Source: Collinsella sp.
Lineage (GTDB): Bacteria; Actinomycetota; Coriobacteriia; Coriobacteriales; Coriobacteriaceae
Length of the DNA stretch: 33,067 nt
Assembly: GCA_014871545.1 (NCBI GenBank)
Contig: WGSR01000001.1
Location: 1 to 33,067, forward strand
Reading direction: 5' to 3'
The notes below the pieces were generated by a model. It saw nothing but the letters and a program-made list of their open reading frames with translations. It did no database searches and had not been told where the DNA came from. Each line of letters starts with the position of its first letter. The stretch's first letter is position 1. Positions 1 to 7,910 of this stretch are shown here, piece after piece. The translations under genes and the position numbers were made by a program.

Positions 1-1
1 C

Positions 2-682
2 GCTCATGATGTACTCGGCTGCCATAAGCAGCTCGTCGACGGTGCCGGACATGCAGCGCTTGAGCAGGATCGGGGTCTTGGTCTTGCCGACCTCCTTGAG
101 CAGGGGGAAGTTCTGGGCGTTGCGAGCGCCAATCTGCATGACGTCGATCTTCTTGTCGAGGAAGACCTGCACGTCGCGCGGGTCCATGATCTCGGTGACG
201 ATCGGCATGTCGAGCTCGGCGGATGCCTCGCACAGTAGGTCCAGGCCGGCGGGACCCATGCCTTGGTAGGCGTACGGGGAGGTGCGGGGCTTGTAGGCGC
301 CACCGCGCAGCATCGTGGCTCCGGCGGCCTTCACGCGGCGGGCGATGCGGATGAGGTTCTCGCCCTCGACGGAGCACGGGCCGGCGATGACCTGGAACTG
401 ATCGCCGCCGATCTTGACGCCGTGGCCGCAGTCGATGACAGAGTCCTCGGGGTGGAACTTGCGGTTGGCACGCTTGAACGGCTCGGAGACGCGCTGCACG
501 CGCTCGACGACGTCCATGGACTCGAGCAGGAACGGGTCGATCTTGGTCGTATCGCCCACCAGGCCGATGATCGTCTCATTCTCGCCGCGCGAGACATCGG
601 TCTTCAGGCCCTTTTTCTCAATCCAGCTGACGATATGGCTGACTGCCTCGTCGCTGGCGCTCTGCTTTAAAATAGCAATCAT
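2..682 (-). CDS. aroF: 3-deoxy-7-phosphoheptulonate (DAHP) synthase, type I-beta, 5' part; runs off left edge
   Basis: Hand translation MIAILKQSAS...IAGPCSVE...LRGGAYKPRTSPY...QIGARNAQNF...LLKR gives the canonical DAHPS I-beta motifs. Missing from the ORF track because it is truncated. Confidence 0.93.
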   Translation of the reverse strand, partial: MIAILKQSASDEAVSHIVSWIEKKGLKTDVSRGENETIIGLVGDTTKIDPFLLESMDVVERVQRVSEPFKRANRKFHPEDSVIDCGHGVKIGGDQFQVIAGPCSVEGENLIRIARRVKAAGATMLRGGAYKPRTSPYAYQGMGPAGLDLLCEASAELDMPIVTEIMDPRDVQVFLDKKIDVMQIGARNAQNFPLLKEVGKTKTPILLKRCMSGTVDELLMAAEYIMS

Positions 683-845
683 GGTGTGCCTCTCACCTCG
701 ATGGATAACCCTTGCAAAAACGGCCCGCATCGCGAGCCGTGTATATATGGTGCATGAGAGTTTATACTATCTGACTCGCTTTTGCCTTCTAAAGTGGGCC
801 GTTGCACCGCGTCTTCCTCGGAATTGCAAAGCTTTTTCTTTTATT

Positions 846-875
846 TTGATAGCCCGTGGCGCACTTGGGTATAAT
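846..875 (+). promoter_or_regulatory. sigma70-type promoter for the tRNA
   Basis: TTGATA (846-851), 18 bp spacer, TATAAT (870-875), 11 bp before the tRNA. Confidence 0.75.
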
Positions 876-886
876 GCCAGTCGTTC

Positions 887-963
887 GCCCTATTAGCTCA
901 GGGGATTAGAGCGTCTGCCTCCGGAGCAGAAGGCCGTTGGTTCGAATCCAACATGGGGCACCA
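887..963 (+). tRNA. tRNA-Arg(CCG); probable prophage attachment site
   Basis: Acceptor stem GCCCTAT/ATGGGGC, D arm GCTC/GAGC, anticodon stem TCTGC/GCAGA with CCG at 921-923, T loop TTCGAAT, encoded CCA. Confidence 0.96.
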
Positions 964-2358
964 TTCCAATTTTGCTCGAACCCGCTGGATGTCCAATCTG
1001 GCGGGTTCGCCCTTTTTGTCGTAGTTCAGCGTGACCAGTATCTCGTCCTCCGAGACGACAGCCTGCCACACGAACGCCTTCAGCAGCGTCGCGTCGTCGA
1101 GCGCTGTCCCGCACTGCAGGAAGTCGGCGAAGCGCTCCGGGTCTATCCGCTCGTCCGTGATGGCCTCGAGGTCGTACCTCGCGCGCGCCTGCTGCTCTTC
1201 CAGCTCGGCTATGCGCTCGTTTACGCCCGGCGCTATCACGCCCTGCTCGATGGCGTTGAGGATGTTCCTCAGGCCCCTTTCCGCGGCCCTGAGCGAGTCC
1301 TCGGCCTGTCTGCGGCGAGCCCGCACCTCGGCTGTGTCCGCGCGCTCCGCTACCATGTTGGCTATCTGCAGCGCCTCGCTGCGGTCGCCGAGCAGCCCGC
1401 GCAGCGCCGAGGCTATGGAGCCCTCGAGCTCCTCGCGCCTGATGTTGCGGACGCACGACCCCGGGCAGCTGTAGTACTCGTACTTCACGTTGTTGCGGCC
1501 CCTGCCGCTCACGCCCTGCAGGTTCCTGCCGCATTCCGCGCACAGCGCCGTCCCCGCGAGGGCGAAGTCGCCCCAGTTCTCGCTCGAGCGCTGCTTGTGG
1601 CACTTGATTCCCTGGACCTCCACGAACGTCACCTCGTCCACTATCGCCGGCATCCCGCCCTCGCGGACGATGCCTCCCCACTCGTACCTTCCCGTGTACC
1701 TGCGGTCGCGCAGCATCTGCTGCACCATTGCTTGGCCGCACGGGTTGCCCTTGCGCGTCCTGAGACCGCGCCGAGCGAACTCGCGCGCTATCGCGTTCAT
1801 GGACATGCGCTCAAGCCTCAGCGCGAAGGCCTCGCGCACCCACGCCGCCTGTGCCTCGTCGACCTCGTACTCGTCGTCCTCGTTCCTGCGGTATCCGAAG
1901 ATGCGCACGCCGTTGGTCTTGCACTTGAGGGCGTTGCCCTCCATTCCGCGCTTGGTCCTGATGGCGGTCTTCCTCGACTCGCAGGCGGCGAGCCCCTCGA
2001 GCAGCTTCTCGTAGATGATGCCCTCCGGGCTGTCGGGTATCTGCTCGAGCGCCGAGACCAGCTTGACGCCGTGCGTGGCGAGCTCGCGCTTGTATATCGG
2101 CGCGTCGTACTCGCCGCGACTGAATCTATCCATCATGTAGACGAGGACGATCTCGCTCTCGCCGGCGTTGGCTATCATCCGCTGGAACTCGGGGCGGTCG
2201 TCGGTGCGACCCGACACGGCGCGGTCGCAGTACTCCGCCGCGACCTCGTAGCCCTCGCGCGCGCACCACTCACGGCAGACGCGCAGCTGGTCCTCGATTG
2301 AGGCCTCGCGCTGCCTGTTGCACGAGAATCTCGCGTATATCACTGCCTTCTTTGGCAT
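898..2358 (-). CDS. Large serine recombinase (integrase)
   Basis: N-terminal YARFS...Q...D...SG...RP catalytic motifs, DRFSR, recombinase domain, Zn ribbon (CAECG...YYSC), coiled coil; 486 aa. Confidence 0.93.
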   Translation of the reverse strand: MPKKAVIYARFSCNRQREASIEDQLRVCREWCAREGYEVAAEYCDRAVSGRTDDRPEFQRMIANAGESEIVLVYMMDRFSRGEYDAPIYKRELATHGVKLVSALEQIPDSPEGIIYEKLLEGLAACESRKTAIRTKRGMEGNALKCKTNGVRIFGYRRNEDDEYEVDEAQAAWVREAFALRLERMSMNAIAREFARRGLRTRKGNPCGQAMVQQMLRDRRYTGRYEWGGIVREGGMPAIVDEVTFVEVQGIKCHKQRSSENWGDFALAGTALCAECGRNLQGVSGRGRNNVKYEYYSCPGSCVRNIRREELEGSIASALRGLLGDRSEALQIANMVAERADTAEVRARRRQAEDSLRAAERGLRNILNAIEQGVIAPGVNERIAELEEQQARARYDLEAITDERIDPERFADFLQCGTALDDATLLKAFVWQAVVSEDEILVTLNYDKKGEPARLDIQRVRAKLEWCPMLDSNQRPSAPEADALIP

Positions 2359-2412
2359 AATGTAGAAGCCCCCTCAAGTTGTGAGTTTGCAAAGATGCTT
2401 GGGCGGTTGGAT

Positions 2413-2460
2413 GCCCCGTCGGCTAAAGCGGTACCAGCGCTGCCGACGGGGCTCTTTTTA
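2413..2460 (+). terminator. Intrinsic terminator-like hairpin, antisense to the integrase leader
   Basis: Perfect 11-bp stem GCCCCGTCGGC/GCCGACGGGGC followed by TCTTTTTA. Confidence 0.65.
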
Positions 2461-2889
2461 TATATATGCGCCATAAGGTGCGACGCAAATGCTGTAACTG
2501 TCGCTAATGGCGAAGCCGCGCGCGTAATCGCGGCACGGTGGCATAGAGAAAGCCCGGTATGTCCGATTGAACATGAAGTCGTGCTCCTCCATTTTCTTCG
2601 CGCTTATAGTTCCAAGCAAGGTACCGTCCTCGTCTAGTATTACAGCGGCTCCATCCTCAACTTCCCAATGCGGTGGCATGTTCCTCTTCGTTTGCCGCTT
2701 AAGTTTGACCGAAAACGGTACGAATGGCTGGTGAGCGGACAAAGCGTCTTCAAATGCCGTATAGCTGTGGGTGTATAGGCAGTCACTCGCTAGCGCCCAG
2801 AGGGCGAACGGCACGTCCATTGGCGGCTGTCCAGCTCCCTGCTGAGCCTTTGCCGCCGTTTTGCTCATTGACTTTTTAAAAAGTCCCAT
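2458..2889 (-). CDS. Hypothetical lysogeny-module protein (possibly HIRAN-like)
   Basis: MGLFKKS start 4 bp after the repressor stop; lower GC than the rest of the phage. Confidence 0.6.
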   Translation of the reverse strand: MGLFKKSMSKTAAKAQQGAGQPPMDVPFALWALASDCLYTHSYTAFEDALSAHQPFVPFSVKLKRQTKRNMPPHWEVEDGAAVILDEDGTLLGTISAKKMEEHDFMFNRTYRAFSMPPCRDYARGFAISDSYSICVAPYGAYI

Positions 2890-2893
2890 AAAG

Positions 2894-3115
2894 CTATTCA
2901 CCGTCCTCGTATGATTCCGCGCGCTCGAGTAGCTCGTCGACCGTGATACCCATCGCGTGCGCGATCTTGTAAACAATGCTTGCCTTGGGATCTTTTATCT
3001 TCCCGCTGAAAATCTGGGAGACGTGGGCGTCGGATAACCCCGAAGCCCTGCAAACGTCGGCCTGCTTCATGCCGCGCTCGCCAAGATAGTCAATCAATGC
3101 GCGTGAGAGCTGCAT
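2894..3115 (-). CDS. XRE-family HTH repressor (CI-like, no peptidase domain)
   Basis: GMKQADVCRASGLSDAHVSQIFSGKIKDP HTH; divergent from the Cro-like gene. Confidence 0.85.
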   Translation of the reverse strand: MQLSRALIDYLGERGMKQADVCRASGLSDAHVSQIFSGKIKDPKASIVYKIAHAMGITVDELLERAESYEDGE

Positions 3116-3153
3116 TTGTAGCTCCTCTCCATCTAAAGACTGTACGAATAAAT

Positions 3154-3241
3154 CCTAACAGAAATTAGGAAAACTTCAACATTCTATTGATTCCTAATCT
3201 GCATTAGGTTACTGTATCCAATGTACCTAATGCAGATTAGG
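3154..3241. promoter_or_regulatory. Three operators CCTAA-N6-TTAGG plus a rightward promoter
   Basis: Operators at 3154-3169, 3193-3208 and 3226-3241; TTGATT (3187-3192), 17 bp, TACTGT (3210-3215). Confidence 0.8.
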
Positions 3242-3253
3242 AAGGAGGTACGG

Positions 3254-3457
3254 ATGAACAGCCTTCAAGGACTGGTGGCGGCCCGAGTTGCGGAGCTGAA
3301 CATTACTAAGCAGAGTCTTGCCGACGCTGTCGGGGTATCGCTCGTCACCTTCAACAAGAAGGTATGCGGCGAGTCTGACATCACCATCACAGAGGCACGA
3401 AAGCTCGCAAAGGCTATTGAGGTGAGCAGCGATGAAGTCTGCCGACTCGCGCCCTAG
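3254..3457 (+). CDS. Cro-like HTH regulator
   Basis: AAGGAGG RBS; ITKQSLADAVGVSLVTFNKKVCG HTH. Confidence 0.8.
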   Translation: MNSLQGLVAARVAELNITKQSLADAVGVSLVTFNKKVCGESDITITEARKLAKAIEVSSDEVCRLAP

Positions 3458-3566
3458 CGAAAGTAAGCCCAAGACCCCGCGCGAGATAGCGCTCGACACC
3501 ATGTGCTCGACGCTTCGGGCGGCGTACCGGGAATGGGAGAGGAAGGAGGGGAGCAAGAGACAGTGA
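3432..3566 (+). CDS. Small hypothetical protein (44 aa, MKSADSRP...AYREWERKEGSKRQ)
   Basis: GAGGTG RBS; GTGA overlap with the next gene; not in the ORF track. Confidence 0.55.
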   Translation: MKSADSRPSESKPKTPREIALDTMCSTLRAAYREWERKEGSKRQ

Positions 3567-3916
3567 GGCAATGGTCGACACGTGAGATCCGGTACCTGAG
3601 GGAACACGCCGGCGACGGCGCCAAGGAGATAGCCAAGGCGCTCGGGCGGACTACCGAGGCCGTGAAGCTCCAGGCGAGGAAGTGCGGCATATCGCTCCGG
3701 CAGCGCTGGATGTGCCCGAAGTGCGGGCGCATGACGTTCAAGCCGCTGAATAAGGCGAACGGCTGGTGCGCGGAGTGCACGAAGGAGGGCCACGTGGCAG
3801 ACCTCAGGGAGCAGGCTAGCGCGATGCGCGAAGAGGCTGCGAGGTCCAAGCGGAACGACCGCGAGCGGCAGAGGTGCTACAGCGCCAAGAGCCGCGCGAA
3901 AAAGTCCCAAAAATAA
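3563..3916 (+). CDS. HTH + Zn-ribbon DNA-binding protein
   Basis: WSTREIRYL...EIAKALGRTTEAVKLQA; CPKC and CAEC. Confidence 0.65.
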   Translation: MRQWSTREIRYLREHAGDGAKEIAKALGRTTEAVKLQARKCGISLRQRWMCPKCGRMTFKPLNKANGWCAECTKEGHVADLREQASAMREEAARSKRNDRERQRCYSAKSRAKKSQK

Positions 3917-3972
3917 AGACCCTAAAAAGCACCCTAGCCCTGACCTGCGGAAACATCAGAAGGGAACACAAG

Positions 3973-4254
3973 ATGTACACATACAAAGAAGCGAGCGCCC
4001 CCAGCTACCAACTTGTGAGCACTCGCCGAAACAGCCCCAGACATGAGGCTCAGACCATCATAGCACCCAAGTCATACCGACCGACCGTCCGCGAGCAGCT
4101 CGACTCCGATGCGTTCATGGCGGGGGCCATGGTCGGCTTCATCGCCGCCGCGGTCCTGTTCGCGGCGATCCTGACCGTCTTCGTCCTCCCGACGATGGAC
4201 GGCGCGGTCCAGGCTGCCAAGGCCGCATGCGCTGCGGGGGCCGTCAATGCGTAA
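3973..4254 (+). CDS. Hypothetical membrane protein
   Basis: One hydrophobic helix; overlaps the next gene. Confidence 0.55.
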   Translation: MYTYKEASAPSYQLVSTRRNSPRHEAQTIIAPKSYRPTVREQLDSDAFMAGAMVGFIAAAVLFAAILTVFVLPTMDGAVQAAKAACAAGAVNA

Positions 4255-4585
4255 CGACGAGAGATACCGCCAGAAGCCGATGAGCAACCAGCTCGAGATA
4301 TTCGGCCTCGGCGCGGACGGCGAGCAGGACATGGCCGAGGCGCGCGCATGGATAGGCGAGCACCCGCGGGCGTGGGACTTCATGGTCGAGCAGGCCACCC
4401 GCCTCAACCGCAAGGGCTACGTCTCGATCAACTACCTCATCCACATGGTGCGCAACGAGCTGCACATCGGCGTGAAGAACAGCCTCGCGCCGAGCCTCGC
4501 CCGCATCATGGAGGCGCGCTACCCGCACCTGAGGCACGCATTCAACAAGCACCGCTCCAAGAGCGACGGGTTCATCGATGAGTAG
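4247..4585 (+). CDS. Hypothetical phage protein
   Basis: Coupled overlaps on both sides, GC3-rich codons. Confidence 0.7.
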   Translation: MRNDERYRQKPMSNQLEIFGLGADGEQDMAEARAWIGEHPRAWDFMVEQATRLNRKGYVSINYLIHMVRNELHIGVKNSLAPSLARIMEARYPHLRHAFNKHRSKSDGFIDE

Positions 4586-4946
4586 GAGCAGGAGGACCGC
4601 CAAGGACGCGGGCACGAGGTTCGAGCGCCTGGTCGCCGACTACCTCGCCGGGAGGCTGGGGGCCGACATCGACAGGCAGGTCAAGACCGGCTCGCACGAC
4701 ACGGGCGACATCCGCGGCGTGTCGGTGGCCGGGCGGGGCATCGCAATCGAGTGCAAGGACTACCAGGGCAGGCACGAGCTGCCCAAGTGGCTGCGCGAGG
4801 CGGAAACCGAGCGCAGGAACCGCGGGGCCGACTACGGCGTGGTCGTCTGGAAGCGCCGCGGGACCGCCATCCCCGGCGAGCAGTTCGTGACCATGACATT
4901 GGAGACGTTCGCGGCGATGCTCGCGGGCGCAGACAGGGAGGAATAG
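4578..4946 (+). CDS. Holliday junction resolvase (PD-(D/E)XK)
   Basis: KDAGTRFERLVADYL...GDI...IECK, as in actinophage resolvases. Confidence 0.75.
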   Translation: MSRSRRTAKDAGTRFERLVADYLAGRLGADIDRQVKTGSHDTGDIRGVSVAGRGIAIECKDYQGRHELPKWLREAETERRNRGADYGVVVWKRRGTAIPGEQFVTMTLETFAAMLAGADREE

Positions 4947-4948
4947 CA

Positions 4949-5161
4949 ATGGAGAGCACAAACATACCGGTGGAGATCGAGGCCAAGTTCAAGCAGGCCA
5001 CCGTGCAGGGCGGCGTCGCCGTCCTGCAGTTCGAGGTCGACACGGAGGACAGCGCGGCGTTCGACGCCATCCGCAAGAGCGGCGAGGAGGTCTGGCTGTC
5101 CATCCAGAGTAAGCAGCCCCAGATCCTGTTCGTGAGCCACGACGGGGAGGTGACCGAGTGA
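4949..5161 (+). CDS. Hypothetical protein
   Basis: GGAGG RBS; MESTNIPVEI. Confidence 0.65.
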   Translation: MESTNIPVEIEAKFKQATVQGGVAVLQFEVDTEDSAAFDAIRKSGEEVWLSIQSKQPQILFVSHDGEVTE

Positions 5162-5382
5162 TGGAGGACTACAAGGGGATGTTCGCCGAGCTGGCCGACC
5201 TCGCCACGGAGGAGCAGGCGATGTTCACCATCTCGGTCATAACGAAGTCCGACGAGGCGTTCGACAAGTTCATGGACGCGCGCGAGAAGCTCGCCAAGTG
5301 GATCGTCGAGCACGCGGTGGTCATCGACGAGGCGCTAACCGAGAGGAAGTACAACCGGATGCTCAACGAGGAGGTCAGGTAA
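5158..5382 (+). CDS. Hypothetical protein
   Basis: Coupled overlaps, RBS. Confidence 0.65.
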   Translation: MMEDYKGMFAELADLATEEQAMFTISVITKSDEAFDKFMDAREKLAKWIVEHAVVIDEALTERKYNRMLNEEVR

Positions 5383-6395
5383 TGGCTGGGGAGAACGGGG
5401 CCGAGGAGGTCGTCGCCGAGGTCATCGAGGAGCAGGAGGCGTCCGACCTCGTCGTCACGTACTCGCCGTCCGTCATCAGCGCCAACTTCGACGCGCTGGA
5501 GGCCCACGTCCGCGCGAAGGTCGCGGACCACGAGGGCGCCAAGTACGACCTGACCAAGGACGAGTCCATCAAGGAGGCCAAGAACGACCGCCTCTACCTC
5601 AACGGCCTGAAGAAAGAGATAGAGGAGCGCCGAAAGGCCGTGAAGCGCGAGTACAACAAGCCGCTCGCCGCCTTCGAGAAGCGCTGCAAGGAGATCACGT
5701 CCATCATCGACGGCGCGTCGGACGGCATCAAGGCGCAGCTCGACCAGGCCGAGGAGGACCGCAAGTCCCGCGCACGGGCCAAGCTCGAGGCCCACTACAG
5801 GGAGTTCGCGGAGCTGCTCGCGCCGGTCGTGCCGTATGAGCGCCTCCACGAGAAGCAATGGCTCAACAAGGGCTTCGGCGAGGTCAAGGCGAAGAAGGCG
5901 CTCGAGGCCAAGGTCTCGAAGCTCGCGGGCGACTGGGAGACGCTCAAGTCGCAGTTCGAGGGCGAGCCCTACTACGAGGAGGCCGAACGCGAGCTGTTCG
6001 CGACCCTCGACCTCGGCGCGGCCATCACCTCGGCACGCAAGGCGGCGGAGGAGGCCGCACGCATCGCCGAGCTGAAGGCGGCGATGGAGCCCGAACCCGA
6101 GCCGGAGCCGGAGCCGGAACCCGAGCCGAAGTCGGCGCCCGCCGGCAACTGGTACCCGGGCGGCTCCCCGATGCAGGAAATCGGCGAGCGCATCGGACCG
6201 GAACCCGTACTCCGTCCGGCACCGCGCCCCTCGACAGCCCCGCAGCCGAGCGCCGCGACCCCGTGCGTGATGGTCATCGACTCGGCGACGACCGAGCAGA
6301 TGCAGTCCATCGGGCGTTTCGCCGGGAGCATCGGCGTGAGCGGAGTGTTCAAGCGCGGCACGCTTCAGCAAGTCTACGAGCGCACGGTCCGTTAG
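5382..6395 (+). CDS. DUF1351-like coiled-coil protein
   Basis: AKNDRLYLNGLKKEIEERRKAVKREYNKPLAAFE; typical ERF neighbour; EP linker at 6087-6128. Confidence 0.7.
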   Translation: MAGENGAEEVVAEVIEEQEASDLVVTYSPSVISANFDALEAHVRAKVADHEGAKYDLTKDESIKEAKNDRLYLNGLKKEIEERRKAVKREYNKPLAAFEKRCKEITSIIDGASDGIKAQLDQAEEDRKSRARAKLEAHYREFAELLAPVVPYERLHEKQWLNKGFGEVKAKKALEAKVSKLAGDWETLKSQFEGEPYYEEAERELFATLDLGAAITSARKAAEEAARIAELKAAMEPEPEPEPEPEPEPKSAPAGNWYPGGSPMQEIGERIGPEPVLRPAPRPSTAPQPSAATPCVMVIDSATTEQMQSIGRFAGSIGVSGVFKRGTLQQVYERTVR

Positions 6396-6404
6396 GAGCT
6401 ATGA

Positions 6405-6965
6405 ATGGCAGACGAGAAGCACATCACCATCACCGAGGCCGTCGCCAAGGTCCAGCGCTCCGTGGTGGTGCCGAAGGCCCGCTACAACGCCTACGCGAAG
6501 TTCAGCTACCGGTCATTCGAGGACATCGTTGCGGCGCTCAAGGAGCCGTGCAAGGACGCCGGCGTGGCCTTCACGCTCAGCGACGAGATCGAGCACATCG
6601 GCGAGAGGTACTACGTCAAGGCGACCTGCCGCATCTTCTTCGAGGACGGGAGCGGCGACACCATGGAGGTGAGCGCCTGCGCCAGGGAGGACGAGCACAA
6701 GAAGGGCTCCGACGACGCGCAGGTAACCGGCATGGCGTCGAGCTACGCACGCAAGTACGCACTCTGCGGCGCGTTCGCCATCGACGGACAGAGCGACCCG
6801 GACTCCCTCACGGACGGTCCCGAGAAGGAGCCCCCGGCGCAGGGGCCGTTCATCGCTAAGTGCAAGGCCTGCGGCACGAGCTACCAGTTCGAGAGCCGTG
6901 AGCAGTACGAGGCGTTCATCCAGAACCCCGGTTGCTGCGCCACGCCGACGTGGAAAGTCGTATAG
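6405..6965 (+). CDS. ERF-family ssDNA-annealing recombinase
   Basis: YRSFEDIVAALK...AQVTGMASSYARKYALCGAFAID; C-terminal Cys cluster. Confidence 0.88.
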   Translation: MADEKHITITEAVAKVQRSVVVPKARYNAYAKFSYRSFEDIVAALKEPCKDAGVAFTLSDEIEHIGERYYVKATCRIFFEDGSGDTMEVSACAREDEHKKGSDDAQVTGMASSYARKYALCGAFAIDGQSDPDSLTDGPEKEPPAQGPFIAKCKACGTSYQFESREQYEAFIQNPGCCATPTWKVV

Positions 6966-6968
6966 GCC

Positions 6969-7316
6969 ATGCAAGACCTGTACGGCCAGCGCGAGCAGCT
7001 GTTCGACCAGCTCATGCAGGAGCTTGAAGCCCTGCGCAGGACGGGCCAGCAGTACGCCGAGAACGAGGCCGAGTACCGCAAGGCGCTGCGCATAGCCATC
7101 TTGGAGGAGCGTTCCAAGGGCACGCCGGTCACCGTGATTAGCGACCTGTGCCGGGGACGCCCCGACATAGCCGAAAAGAAGCAGCTACGCGACTGCGCTG
7201 AAGCGCTCTACAAGGCCTCGAGCGAGGCAATCATGGCAATCAAGTTGAGGATCAAGACCGTTGACGCCGACATCCAGAGGACGTGGACGAGCGGCGGAGA
7301 GGAGACATACAGATGA
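6969..7316 (+). CDS. Hypothetical phage protein
   Basis: Helical ORF between ERF and SSB. Confidence 0.7.
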   Translation: MQDLYGQREQLFDQLMQELEALRRTGQQYAENEAEYRKALRIAILEERSKGTPVTVISDLCRGRPDIAEKKQLRDCAEALYKASSEAIMAIKLRIKTVDADIQRTWTSGGEETYR

Positions 7317-7900
7317 GCATCAACAGAGTGGTCGTGTCGGGCAATCTGACCCGAGACCCCGAGCTGCGAGTGACCCCGGGCGGCACGCAGGTGCTGGGCT
7401 TCGGCGTGGCCGTCAACGACCGCCGCCGCAACCAGCAGACGGGGGAGTGGGAGGACTACCCCAACTTCATCGACTGCACCATGTTCGGCAACCGCGCCGA
7501 GGCGCTCTCGCGCATCCTTCGCAAGGGCATGAAGGTCGCCATCGAGGGGAAGCTGCGCTACAGCTCCTGGGAGGACAAGAATGGGGGCGGCAGGCGCTCG
7601 AAGGTCGAGATCATCCCCGACGAGGTCGTCCTCATGAGCCAGAACCCCAACGGCCAGCAGGCCCCGCAGCAGTACGCGCCGCAGGGATACCAGCAGCAGT
7701 ACGCGCCCCAGCAGGCACCGCGGGCATATGCACCGCAACCGGCGCCCCAGCAGCCCGCGCCGCAATGGAACGCCCAGCAGGCCTACCAGCAGGCCCCGCA
7801 GGCGGCTCCGCAGCGGCCCCAGCAGGTACCGCAGGCCGCGCCGCAGCCGGCGCCCGCCCAGCAGCAGCTGGACGTGTACGACGAAGACATCCCGTTTTAG
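7313..7900 (+). CDS. ssb: Single-stranded DNA-binding protein
   Basis: INRVVVSGNLTRDPELR...IEGKLR; Q/P linker; C-terminal DEDIPF. Confidence 0.95.
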   Translation: MSINRVVVSGNLTRDPELRVTPGGTQVLGFGVAVNDRRRNQQTGEWEDYPNFIDCTMFGNRAEALSRILRKGMKVAIEGKLRYSSWEDKNGGGRRSKVEIIPDEVVLMSQNPNGQQAPQQYAPQGYQQQYAPQQAPRAYAPQPAPQQPAPQWNAQQAYQQAPQAAPQRPQQVPQAAPQPAPAQQQLDVYDEDIPF

Positions 7901-7910
7901 CGGCGAGGGG

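Noticed and set aside
937..2301. Long + strand ORF opposite the integrase, and many other long alternate-frame ORFs (e.g. 16259-17524, 17138-18745, 18933-20621, 24655-26268)
   Set aside because: High-GC shadow ORFs with Arg/Ala/Pro-rich junk translations overlapping well-supported genes
3918..3954. CCCTA short repeats and CTGACCTGCGGAAAC
   Set aside because: Resembles a motif I recall from actinobacterial mobile elements, but it occurs once and I cannot verify or assign it
6087..6128. 6-bp EP-coding repeat
   Set aside because: Ordinary in-frame linker
7650..7870. CAG/CCG-rich repeats in ssb
   Set aside because: Normal disordered Q/P linker
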